This document shows, piece after piece, positions 24,856 through 36,460 of a stretch of DNA of 64,000 nucleotides; positions within the stretch are counted from its first letter, which is position 1, and every line of letters starts with the position of its first letter. The position numbers were made by a program, and so were the translations under genes. This DNA is from Rhizodiscina lignyota (taxonomy: Eukaryota): assembly GCA_010015805.1 (NCBI GenBank), contig ML978129.1, positions 434,001 to 498,000 on the forward strand, given 5' to 3'. Below the pieces are notes generated by a model that made no database searches, was not told where the DNA came from, and saw only the letters and a program-made list of their open reading frames with translations.

Positions 24856-25348
24856 ATCCAAGCATAGTCAGCGTTGCATGGAGCTTCGTAGCGTGCCCGC
24901 TGCCTCAAAATGATTTGAGCTTAAGTGACTATGATCGAGCTTAAGTTGACCGTGGAGCGAGTTGAGGTAGGTAGTACAAGCTTGAGCCGAAGTTGAGCCG
25001 GATTCTCTCTGCAAACCCCTGACTAGCGTCAGGGGCGTCCCGCCGAATAAAGTCTCCGGCTCGATACATACTGTAAAGAAAGAACGTAGCGATGCCCAGA
25101 CCGATCGGGGACCAGCCACGCGTAATCCTGGAGCAGGGAAGAGAGACGTTTCAGCTCTATTCATCACTAAAATTTCTTCTCTTTTCTTTATTTGTATCAT
25201 ACACTGTCGTAAGACAGTGGCATCGTTTAGCAATAGTCTCCGTCTACCGTCCGGCGTATCCACTCTTCCAATGCACAGATAGCACGCACCGCGGACAGAC
25301 GCGAAGCAGAACCTGCACTGCGTAGAGTAATTACGTCTCGACACCAAG

Positions 25349-27292
25349 ATGGGCGGCAAGATCGAGTACACAGATCCCGGCCTCATCGGGATATTCCTTT
25401 ATCAACTTGGGTCATGCGCTCTCTTTGCACTTATCCCCATAGCATGGATTCTGGTTCCGATCTTCAATTTCAGCTCCGCTCTTTATCTCAGGCGGAACTT
25501 GAAAGAAGCCGCACAAACGACAGCATTCGTCATGAGCCTTAGTGTGATCGTTCCGTTGTATATTACCGGGAAGAACATCATTTTCCTTCTGAACAGGATC
25601 ATATCGCCGTTCCAAGCACTTTGGAGGCCTGTCCCATCCCAACGAAGAGGGACCGACCCCGACTCCGATATTCCACTGAGGCACGATGAACCATACCAAT
25701 ACGAATCCCTAGCGGGAGAAACTGCAATAAGACTTCTTCGTATCTTCCCTGGATCTCGCTTTGAAGATCAGCTAGTGGTAGAGCTAGTAACAGCCGATCT
25801 TAGTTATCCACCGAGTTACGATGCTCTGTCGTACACATGGGGCGACGACACCGGCAACATTGATCGATCCGAGAAGCTCCCATGCAAGAATGGTGGCATA
25901 ATTTGTATCACAAAGAACTGCGAGGCTGCAATCAGACGTCTGCGACTACCCAGGAAGAACCGACTGGTATGGATTGACGCCGTGTGTATTGATCAAATCA
26001 GCAATATTGAGCGCACACACCAAGTCTCGTTAATGTCAAAAATCTACAAATCAGCACAGAAGATCATTGTCTATACGGGCGAAGGGACGTCTGAGACAGC
26101 CGAACTGTTCGATTGGCTTAACAGCATTGACGAAAACGAGTTGGACATCTCGGCGCCGTGGACTCTGGAGGACTTGAACTCGACCGAACTACAGAATTTG
26201 GACGAACCTGCTCGGAGGCAAGTACAGCGCAGACGCGCCGAGTTTTGGTTCAACGACGTTATGTGGAGAATTCGAAGGGTTTGGCGAACATCGATGATCT
26301 CAACAGACCGCATCCATCTGTCTGACCCGCAAGTGCAACACCTTGTCAGAGAGTACTGCTCTCGACGGTGGTTCAGGCGAGTCTGGGTCTTACAAGAAGT
26401 TGCGCTGCCACCTATCAACCGGATTCAAGTCATGTGCGGCACCAACGTCACGACTGCCGAACGAGCGCTGCATGCCATTTCTCAACTGCAAGGCGACGAG
26501 CTTTCATACAACATACTTCATATATTTCTCTTATTTCGCAGACGGCTAAAGAATCCGAAAAGATCTCATCATCTGGATATTCTCATCGCCACACGCGGAC
26601 GTGAGGCCAGTGATGCCCGTGATAAGATATTCGCTGTCTTGAGCATCGCGCAACAGATGGATGAGTCGAGTTTTCCCAAGCTAAAGGCAGACTACGAGAA
26701 GTCAACGCAAGAAGTATATGCCGAATTCTCCTCCTTCTTCATTGAGCATCACGGCCCAGCGTATTTCCTCTCTCTGATCAAGTCGCCATCGCAGCTAGAA
26801 GATTTACCATCATGGTCGGCGCATTGGACCGTACCGTGGCCGAATTGCAAAGCTGTCAAGGAAGGGGGCTTTGCCGCAGGCTCAAGGCCTCCGGATATCG
26901 CAGACTCCAGCGCTGTTTTTGAGGTTGTGGATGATGTGGACGACGCAAAATGTCTACTGCTCGTTCGACCGAAGATCCTTCGAGGCTACTTTACCTGGAA
27001 CGGGCACATTGACGACTCGCGGGAGACTGACATTCGACAAGTGGAAGCTGTAGCCGATGACGAGGTCCTTGTTGAGATGCGCCCAGGGATTGCTGCGCTC
27101 TTGAAGAGGAAAAAGGATGATTATGTCTTTGTACGAATATGCCCTCATGCACTTTCGGAGGACGGTGTTCATGAATTAGTGGAAAGATGGAGTACCGTTC
27201 TGACAAACGGGGAAGGGGAAAAAAGTGCCCCAAGGAGAGTGGACAGCCTGCACGACTATCTTGACCCACCGCAGACCTTTAGAGTTCGGTGA
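25349..27292 (+). CDS. HET-domain protein, HET-6-like subtype, with two N-terminal hydrophobic segments
   Basis: IRLLRI, YDALSYTWG, ITKNCEAAIRRLR, LVWIDAVCIDQ, MSKIYKSA, WFRRVWVLQE, ASDARDKIFAVL, LPSW; the first ~85 aa are hydrophobic. Confidence 0.93.
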   Translation: MGGKIEYTDPGLIGIFLYQLGSCALFALIPIAWILVPIFNFSSALYLRRNLKEAAQTTAFVMSLSVIVPLYITGKNIIFLLNRIISPFQALWRPVPSQRRGTDPDSDIPLRHDEPYQYESLAGETAIRLLRIFPGSRFEDQLVVELVTADLSYPPSYDALSYTWGDDTGNIDRSEKLPCKNGGIICITKNCEAAIRRLRLPRKNRLVWIDAVCIDQISNIERTHQVSLMSKIYKSAQKIIVYTGEGTSETAELFDWLNSIDENELDISAPWTLEDLNSTELQNLDEPARRQVQRRRAEFWFNDVMWRIRRVWRTSMISTDRIHLSDPQVQHLVREYCSRRWFRRVWVLQEVALPPINRIQVMCGTNVTTAERALHAISQLQGDELSYNILHIFLLFRRRLKNPKRSHHLDILIATRGREASDARDKIFAVLSIAQQMDESSFPKLKADYEKSTQEVYAEFSSFFIEHHGPAYFLSLIKSPSQLEDLPSWSAHWTVPWPNCKAVKEGGFAAGSRPPDIADSSAVFEVVDDVDDAKCLLLVRPKILRGYFTWNGHIDDSRETDIRQVEAVADDEVLVEMRPGIAALLKRKKDDYVFVRICPHALSEDGVHELVERWSTVLTNGEGEKSAPRRVDSLHDYLDPPQTFRVR

Positions 27293-27364
27293 TGGCAAGA
27301 GGGGGCCATGATTATCGCAGAGTAATGGTACAGCGCCTGCAGTGTCCGTTCGCGTCGCTGTGGT

Positions 27365-29854
27365 TTAAGTGCCATTACTGGTGTCGCTTTCCCTTCCCGG
27401 CGACTGGTCCCCCAAAGCCAAGTCAGCATACTCTTTGATCAGGTTGCTCAAGCGTTGTTCCTCCCGGAAATCAGTGATGCTGAGGATGTTGCATGGATAC
27501 TGCGCTTGTACATGTTTTGCCCGCAATTTATCCCATCCCGTATTCTCCTTCCGAAGGTTAACAGACTTATACAGGAGCTCCAGATCCTCCGACTCCGTTG
27601 CGGCCTTCACTACATGAAATAGGGTGTAAGGAAAATAATAGTTCCTTCCTTGGTCGCTCAGGCCTTTTGCAGCCAGGATTAACGAGGCACGGGCGTCCTC
27701 GCGCTTCAGCATTGACAGCGGATCAGATGACGAAGCCAATTGTTTCAACTGAGACAGCGCCATAAACGCCATAACAGTTAAGGAGTGCGCCATATAGGTA
27801 TCGGAACTCTCAAATCCATGGCGAAGATAGTACAGCCTTATTAATGTCTCGAAGCAGATTTTCGAATGTTCCAGAACGGAATGAGGGCTTTGTAGTGGAC
27901 CGGCCGCGAACTTGTCGGAAAGAGAGACAAGCAGCTCACAGAGGTTGATCATGACGTTGTGGTACAAGAGGCTGTTCACAGATCAGTAACAGTCCAAGTC
28001 CTTTTCAAATCGCTCCTCTCAACAGAATGCGGACACTCCATCGCAACTCACGGCATTGAGCTCCGCTAGTCAAGACATAAAAGGAAAATAGATGCTGCGG
28101 GGATTCTTACTGGAGTTTGAGGTGCGATGGAAATACAATGTTCGTTGGCGTTAGAGACGCGGGCAAAGAAGCGAACCATCCTCTCAACTCCAGCGCAAAA
28201 TTGCCTATCAGCTGCGGAGAGCTTTGGGCGGCCTGGCCAGTGTCTTTATCGAACATGACGGTCGCTATGCTGTGGCAGATGGTAACAATCTCTTGCTTAG
28301 CCTTGAAGAAATGCCCGTAGTGCATGGGACAAGGCGTCTCATTCAATGGATATTGCACCCAGAACTCTCCGTACCATCCGGGGTCGAGGTCAGGGTCAGG
28401 CAAAGCCGCTTTCGGGGGGTCTTTGATCAATGGAGGCAGGCAAAAATGGTAGCATTGGACACTGTCAGCGCTTGTAAGTACTCTGAAGTGAGCTGTCTCA
28501 AAATGTACGGCGTTGAACCTACTTGAGCGAGTAGAAAAGGCACCAAGCTGTGAAGCCATACGAAATCCGCTTGCGTTTGCTTTTGAACTGCGTGGTCGGT
28601 CCAAAAAGTCCCAGTTTGTTCGCCATTGCCACTGCTTGAACGCCGTATGTCATCCCGAGCTTGTCCATCGAATACATGATGTACATGATGTTGATCATAC
28701 TAGCGGCTTGTATGGTCGTTAGACAAGTCTCTTCCATGCGCTCCATTTCCCAGAGCCTTTTGGCCTCGGCGAAGAACCTATACCCAAGATTGTGGGGGTT
28801 CCAGTACTCCAAACGATCGGAGAACGCGTGGTAGCAGTTCTGCGCCGAAAGAGTGCAAGTCAGAATCTTGCAGAGAAAATAGGGACCAGCCACGAAGGGC
28901 TCGTCGGAGAGGCACTTACACATGCGTGTGCCAACACAACGTTCACAAGTAGAGAGGAGCAGAATCGCTTCGATCCGGACAGCATGTCGTCCAAGAAATG
29001 ATCCTTGTGAAAAGAGGTAAGCCATTGGTGCTCGTAAAGAAAATAGAGGCGGAGCAGCGTTCTCATCAGGTCGTCGTCGGTGGAAACACTCGTCCAGTTG
29101 GATGGCTTCACCGAATCCAGCCTAGAATCTACAATCCTTGCGGCAAGAAACGGCTTCAGGTACTGGGGTCTGTATTGAGCATTAAAGAAAGGGTTCGATG
29201 TACCCCCTGGGTTTGACGTGGGAAATGTTGCTTCATATATCAATGTGTTGAGATAAGGGTTATTTGGAGTGGACATCGAAATCGGTACATGCGGCGAATA
29301 TGGAAATTCATAACGATATCTCGTCTCCGGCGTTACCTGGAGTTGGAGAAGCAGATCGCCGGCGCCGATGTGCCTTACTATGGATTCAATATTTTCCCCT
29401 TGCCTGATCTTCCGGAATATAGCGACAGCATCGGCATCCTTTCGAGTCTGCAGGGCGTGGAGCAGCCGCTGCAGGGGCTCATGCGACTCTCGAAGCCCTC
29501 GGACCTGACTCTCAAGCTCTCCGTACTTTCGCTTCAAGGCTGAACCTCTTGATTCAGATGGCGCCGTGCTGTATATGCATTCTCGTCCAGAGGAGGTACA
29601 GGCCGAGCATTTGGGACGCTTGGCATCGCACTGTTAGTTGTCACAATGATTAGCCAATTGCATACATGCCTTCCACATAGATAGAGTACTTTTGTCTTGC
29701 GTTCCCTGCAGGATTCGCAAGCGGCAATGACACCACTTCTCCTAGGTTTTGTTGTAGGGGCCGGTTCCGCGGGTGGCGAAGGCTGTTGGTCTTGAGACCT
29801 TTCCCAGCGAGGGCGAAGCGGTCGAAAACTGGTACTTGGCATTTCATCTCCCAT
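27365..29854 (-). CDS. Zn(II)2Cys6 transcription factor with fungal TF middle homology region, multi-exon
   Basis: ACESCRERKTK / CDAKRPKCSACTSSGRECIY across an intron; coiled coil; WTSVSTDDDLMRTLLRLYF, FCSSLLVN, FFAEAKRLW, TAWCLF, FETLIRLYYLRHGF. Confidence 0.92.
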
Positions 29855-30613
29855 CCTTCATCTATATGGCCGCTTGCATTGTATTGCTGGATTACAGTAT
29901 GTGACTGATGTCGAGACCTCCTTCCTTGAGTACGAAGTCGGATGAGGATAGAGGGAGCAGTTCTGACAGAACGGAAATATTCGATTTGCTTATGTCGAGA
30001 CGAAATACACAGCAGTGCAGTGCTCAGTCCATGAATGGGACCTGCCAGTCGTAGCAGTCTCTCAAGGATGGGTAGAGTACGGCTTGGCGTCCCCAGCCCG
30101 TGCAGAGTTTTCTTTGTGCGGATTTTCTTGTGTTACGTTCTCCTTATGTACTCGTACATACCTCCTGAAAGCCTGCATCAACTCATTCGCAAACACGTTA
30201 TAGGCACGAGGGCAATTTTGCAGCGGCTGCTAAATAAATCATGATTTGCCCTCAAGGGCTCTACTAGTGCGCTGCCTAACATAAAACATTGTTACCTAGA
30301 GCGCTCCGTTCTCCCGCTAGATAAATTAGGCTAGCCCCATCCCTGCATTGATCCATCCCGCAAGGTTTGCTCATACCACCCCAAGCTGTGTACTTGTACG
30401 TGAATGCAGGGAGACAGCTCCACCTACCTGTCATTGGCTGGACGGGCCCCCGACTCTTTGGCGAATCGTAGACGGCGAGACCGGCTTAATGACATCACCC
30501 TGCATACAAACCTGTACATACATACTCCCTTCCTGCTTCCTTTCCGAAGGTGGCATAATATTCAAAAGATGTCTGTGTTTTCCAGGACTCGCATCAGCCA
30601 AAAGTCTGAGCTC

Positions 30614-31295
30614 ATGGCGAACAATTATCGGCCTCTGCTCTGCCGCGCTGCAGGAACTCCAAGCCTGAACACTACAGAAGAGAGGTCAGGCAAAAAGCAG
30701 CGCATTCAAACCAAAAATGCGTGTGAGACATGCCGGAGAAGGAAGTGTGGTGTAAGAATCCATTCAATGACTGCCTATGTGGCTCAGAAGACTCTCATAT
30801 AGGTCGTTCCCTAGATTCCCCCTCACGAGCCATCTTTGATGCACTTCTGCTAACACCGCCCAGTGTGACGGCTCGAGGCCAAAGTGCTCTGGATGCAACA
30901 CAAGGGGCGCCGAGTGCGTTTACCTCACCCAAAACGAGAATGAGACGCGAATAATGGCGTTGAAACGAGAACGAGACGAGCTGCAAAGGACCCTTTCAAG
31001 CCAAATGGCCATCATCAACTACCTTCAAAATGCACCGGAGGCGGAAGCTTTGGAGGCGCTCAGATTATTGAGGACGACAATCGACTCTCCTGGCCTTACC
31101 AACTTCTCATTGAACAATAAGGCGGATGCATACAGTGCGCTGCCTCAGCTGGGAGACCCTCAGGGCATGTTTCCCGAGACACCATTGGAGTGCGAATTGA
31201 GCCTTCTTCATCCTATCGCCTATCCAGTTCTCCTCCCCACCCAGCTGCCTCCAGAATTCCTGGCACTTGTGAATGCAGACGACGCCGGCGGTTAG
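30614..31295 (+). CDS. Short Zn(II)2Cys6 protein (DNA-binding domain plus coiled coil only); alternative start at 30569, 3' end uncertain
   Basis: NACETCRRRKCG / CDGSRPKCSGCNTRGAECVY across a GT-AG intron; ALKRERDEL..EALEALRLLR..ELSLLHPIAYP; stop at 31295 with no recognisable middle homology region downstream. Confidence 0.8.
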
Positions 31296-31927
31296 GCCGG
31301 GCATACGATACGGCGTCAGTAGCATTCATATTGTTGTGAATACTTTCTAAGCTGTGCCGCTGTGCCGATGTTTCAAATGGCTAAATTGGCGATACAGTGT
31401 ATTCTCGAACATTCTACTAGCTCACGGCCGTACCACACTCAAACATTCACACAGTCGACCCGTCAGAGTCTCCGAATCTTACCCCTGGCATAAATACACT
31501 CTGCCATTACTCGCCGGATCTTTCATATATTACGCATATCCACAAGGTCAAGGTTGGTCACAGGATACGAGGTGTTGCAGACAAAATAGCTGCCAGGATA
31601 TATTCACTTTTATCAGGAGATGGATTACGTCGAAACGCGTGTTCTTAGCGGATCTATAGTCGAAGTCTGTCCCGCCAAACGGACAGCAGTACGTAGAATC
31701 GCAGGGCCAATGCAGCGGCCCATCGACAGTGCTCTGACGTTCGTGACTGCTCTTAAACGGATTAGTCTTGGATGTCAAAGGCCAGGCGAGGACAGGCTAG
31801 GCGACAATGTCCTTCAGGTATAATGAGGGCGCTCCGCAGGCGAGGTATCTTTGAAGATTTCGTTTCTCATTAATGCCTATTCGCAAGTGGAAGTTAAATT
31901 ACCGCATTGAAGTAGTCTCCGACGTCT

Positions 31928-32500
31928 TCAGAAAATATTCAAACTCCACATGAAGCTGTTATACTTCAATACAGCTAGACAGCTCAATAATATCCTCCTG
32001 TCCCACTCTTCCCCAATGTCTTCGTGGAATTCAAGCATCCCATCCATAGCTCGTGAGCCGTTGAGCTTATGGACGAATCGAGCGACTAGCTGATCCGTCT
32101 TGTCATCAACCAGCTTCAGATTTAAGACGTCGAGCTTTTCTATCTTATGTGGGACTTCTCGAGTCCCCTTCCAATCCAACTTCCTTTGTCCCTCTGGCGT
32201 ATTCGTCGAGAAGGAGAAGTGGTTCAGCTTCATGATCCGCGATTCGTTTTTCATGTCGATCCATGCTGTCTCGTCGCCAATCTTTTCGTCGACGGTATAT
32301 CTGGCATTGCCCAAAGCTCCGTTGATTTTAAGGCCGCCGACCACCGTCGCGTCGTCTTCTGAATCGCCGCGGTGAAGGGTGGATGTGAAGGACAGTCGAG
32401 GGGCCGTAAGCGTGTAGATTGTCTTTAGGGAGAGGGGATCAACAACTCGAACCACCCCGCCTTTCGCGATGAGCTGCAGTTCTCTTGGTCGCTTCGACAT
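31928..32500 (-). CDS. Hypothetical beta-rich protein (possibly LURP1/tubby-like fold)
   Basis: 190 aa ATG-started ORF; pattern FSF...WKGT...NLKLVD...LVARF...G.LEF...ILLSCLAVL, typical of a common fungal uncharacterised family. Confidence 0.7.
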   Translation of the reverse strand: MSKRPRELQLIAKGGVVRVVDPLSLKTIYTLTAPRLSFTSTLHRGDSEDDATVVGGLKINGALGNARYTVDEKIGDETAWIDMKNESRIMKLNHFSFSTNTPEGQRKLDWKGTREVPHKIEKLDVLNLKLVDDKTDQLVARFVHKLNGSRAMDGMLEFHEDIGEEWDRRILLSCLAVLKYNSFMWSLNIF

Positions 32501-33534
32501 CGTGCTTTAGTTGTGATGGTTGTGCTGTTAGTTGTCAAACTGTATCATCATTCGGACAGGCGCTCTCCACGACTATTTATCCTCACGAAGTGCGACGTTT
32601 TGTCGCATATGTTCAAGCTAGACCCTGATCTTCTTCGTGAGGCAGGGCCTAAGTGGAAGGATCCATCGTGTCCATTATTGGTTCCTTTCAGCGACATAGG
32701 GATGAAAGCAGGTGAAAAGCCACGCCGTTACAGGGGACGCGCTCCGCCTTGCAACGGACGGAAGATCGTCACTGTGCATGAGCGAAGCGAGAGACCAGAA
32801 GAGGCTAGCGTGGAGGGTTGCGAGTCAGTTGTGCCGAAGACGAAAGACGTTTGTTTAATTTTTTGAGGTTGAATGGCCCTGATGAACGCCTTAGATGACC
32901 CGAATGCTTTCCCAAAACAGTTTCGTCTTGCTCTATACCTGTATATCGTGTCTGCCTGACGATTAAATGATGGTACGCGCATGGGAGGCTAGTGATGTAG
33001 CGAGGCTGAGATACGAACGATTCATCACAAATACGAGGGATGACTCCCGAAATCACACAGAGTTACATTGGTTCATTCATATATAATCGCCTGAACGCTG
33101 GTAGCAATTATTCACTCATCTTTCTTATTGCAGCCGATGGAAGGTGGGGGCCAAGGCTAGGGTTAGGGTTTCGTTCTTGCTGGGACCTTATTAGGCGAAG
33201 ATTTCACCAAAAACTTTTCAGCTATGGCTTCACTTCTTCTTCTTTTATGTATTAGCCAGAGCTATCGTCCACTAGAGTTATATTTGTTGAGCATAGCGAC
33301 GTTATTACCATCTGCGACATGAGGGGTAAGCTCGAAGGTTGAGTCGGTAGGTTTGCGACGTAGTGACGTTGGGGTTATCACTTGCTCATGACGTCGAATT
33401 AACATCGATGTATTTCCCATAGGCATTCACAGAAACCCTTTTTTTCTTTCCAAACTTTCTTTAAACCCGACATTGCACCTCACATTAACTCTCCGTCATC
33501 GCCCCTCATCCAGGTTTTGTTTCGACATCTTCCC

Positions 33535-34858
33535 ATGAAAATGAGGGACTCCGTGTTCCAGCTGAAATGTCAGTGTAACAACTATCCATGGGGAAAGAAG
33601 GGATCGGCGTCCCTTGCTGCGCAGCTATGCTCAAAGACACTGAGCGCAGGATTCAAAATCGATGAGAGCAAGAACTATGCTGAAATGTTCGTATCCATCC
33701 TCCAAGGCTTTTTATCTTGGAGTGATATGCTGACGAGTTCCAAGGTGGTTGGGAACATACCCAGAACTTCCAGCCCGCATCCTCTCCACCGGCGAAGATC
33801 TCCAAGATGTGCTCAACCGCTATGAATGCCTCATCGGCAGCTCCGTTTACGAGAAATTTGGAAGCGAGCTGCCGTTCTTGCCCAAGGTCCTCTCAATTCA
33901 AAAAGCTTTACCTCTACAGTTGCATCCGAATCGTGCACTCGCGGAGGAGTTACACAAAAAAGATCCGAGCAATTTCACGGATCCTAATCACAAGCCAGAA
34001 ATTGCGATCGCACTTGGGCCGTTCGAAGCGTTCGTTGGCTTCAAGCCGCTCACGACAATTGCCCAGCTTATGGAACTGGAACCTCTCCAACAATTCCTGC
34101 CAGAAATCAAGAAGCCTCGATTCGACGACCCAATGCTGAAACACGTCGTCAATGCGATACTCAAAGCATCTGATACAACTATTTCAAACGTCGTTCGTGC
34201 GCTTGAAGGCAGCCGAGAAGACAAGTTCGGCCCAGATGGACACTACATTCCCAAGATGGCGAAGCGTTTACGAGGACAGTATGATCAAACGGACCCCGGA
34301 ATCGTCGTTGCGCTCGTCACGATGAATTACATGCAGCTCAATGCTGGTGACTGCATCTATATCCCTGCGGACGGAATCCATGCCTACTTGTCCGGAGACA
34401 TCATTGAGTGTATGGCCAGGAGTAACAATGTCCTCAACACTGGGTTCTGTCCAGCAGCGGATCGAAACAACGCGGATCTCTTTACTGATGCTTTGACATT
34501 CACGGTACACGACACTGAGGAGGCCATACTGAAATCGAAGGACTTCGAGCGCTGCACAAAGGGGAAGACGAAAGTGTATTCGCCGCCCCTGAGTGAGTTC
34601 GACGTGCTGAAGACAGAGCTGGAGAAGGGAGAGGAGGAGCTCATCTCTGCATTGAGAGGTCCCGCAATTGCGATCGTGACCAAAGGGACTGGCTTGATGA
34701 CAACAAAACGCGAGGACTATACTGACCCTGATGCCGACAAAACCCCAGAGAGGAGTTTCAGGTTGCAGGAGGGATTTGTCTTCTTCATCGGATTCAACAA
34801 CATTATCAGACTGGAAACACAGACGAGCTTAGAACTTTTCATTGCGTTTGCGGAATAG
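33535..34858 (+). CDS. Mannose-6-phosphate isomerase, class I, 2 exons
   Basis: NYPWGK, YAEM/WLGTYP across an intron, LPFLPKVLSIQKALPLQLHP, DPNHKPEIAIAL, HAYLSGDIIECMARSNNV. Confidence 0.95.
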
Positions 34859-35077
34859 ATGCAACACGAGGCCATCAACAGCGTTTTACAGAGAGGGTAG
34901 AGCAAAGCTCCGCATATACGCCGTTGAACAATACCATAGAAGGCGCTCCAGCGAAATCTAAGGCACTGTTGAATGTATTTGCATTGCTCACAAAGTATGT
35001 CTTTCGGACTGAGTCAAATTCTTCTTATGAGGCAGTGGGTATGCAGATCGACATTAGCCCTAATTTACCCGGCATGC

Positions 35078-36286
35078 CTAAGCGTCCTCAAGGCCAAGCG
35101 CCTCACGCCTCGACTTGCTGTTTGGATCGAAATAAGGCCTCTCCCCAAGACTAACAGCACGCTGTCCTGTCCGCGCTCCACGGCCAGCATAATCATACGT
35201 TGCAGTGTGAAGAACACTGCGGTTATCCCAAATTGCCAGATCGTTGGAATTCTGCCATCGATGGCGAACCTGCAAATCGTGGTTATCCGCAATCAGATTG
35301 AGAAATCTGTCCAATACCTCCTTGCTCTCTTGTTCTGTCAATCCATTTATGCGCTGCACATGGTGGCCTACACCGAAGAGGCTCTTCCAGCCTGTAACGG
35401 GGTTGGTGCGCACGATGGGATGCACAGCTGTCAGATCAGTGCCAACGTTCTCCGGGGCGCCGCGAGGCTTGCTGTACAACTCGAATCCGTTCTCTTTCGC
35501 GGAGATGCCGAATCCCGGCTGCGAATATGTGGCGGTAAGACCTTCAAAGAACTTTTGATAAGGGGGAGAGAGTCGGTCGTAGAGCTCGTAGCCAGATGCC
35601 CAGAGCGTGTCTGTCGCCCACTCACATCAGCACGAGCACGAATTGATACGCAGTGATGAAGATTGTGACGTCGGGTGATGGGTTCTTACCCCCGCCTGTC
35701 TCCGGTAGCTGTGTCAGCCTCAATAGAGCATAGTCGCTCGGGACGGGCTCGAAGGTAATATCGCTGTGCCAACCAGTCTTGGCGCTCTGCTTCTTGCCGG
35801 AGAAATCCAGGTATCGATTCTTGTAAAGCTCTTTCTGTTGCTCAGAGCTGATAACGCTAATCTCGTCGTCCTTACCGCCGAGCCTGCGACCGGAGTTGCT
35901 GACGGGGTGAATGTGCAGCTTCGAGGTTTCTGGTTTACCAGAGAGTTCTCCCAGGCGTTGGGCGAGCTCCTTTTGGAGATCGTTGTCGAGGTCGTCTTGC
36001 TTTCGGAAGAAGACCACACCCCGCTGAGAGACTGAGATCGGTAAGTTAGCGAGCCCACTTTAATCGAGCAGTGCATCATACTAGTGATGGCAAGGTCGCG
36101 AATTAGGTCGTCGGAATTTGGTGCACGAAGCCAGTCCTTTAGGTTTACGTCCACGAACTCTCTGCCGATAGTGGGCGTGACATCGAAGAACTGGGTGCTT
36201 TTGAGAGCACCACTGAGCTCCAGAGGCTTTCGGTGGGATTGGCTCGGTGCCGCTTTGGTTTCTACGCCCACTACAGTTGTCGACAT
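35078..36286 (-). CDS. TauD/TfdA-family alpha-ketoglutarate-dependent sulfonate dioxygenase (Jlp1-like), 3 exons
   Basis: DVTPTIGREF, RGVVFFRKQ, WHSDITFE (HxD), TGG/DTLWASGYE, HPIVRTNPVTGWKSLF, IWDNRSVLHTATYDY. Confidence 0.95.
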
Positions 36287-36460
36287 GATGAAGGAAATCG
36301 AACTGAAAGGTAAGATAGAAATCAAGGGACTCTGAAAAGCTCAATTGACTTGACATTGACAGTATGCGACATTTGCCTGAACTTATCTCAGCGACGGAAC
36401 AGCGGCATCGAGATAGCAGAGTAATAGAAATATGCAATATCTGCACGCGTACCATTCTGG

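Noticed and set aside
24868..25386. 172-aa ORF spanning the region between the HET genes
   Set aside because: No protein-like features; it overlaps the start of the plus-strand HET gene and the presumed shared promoter.
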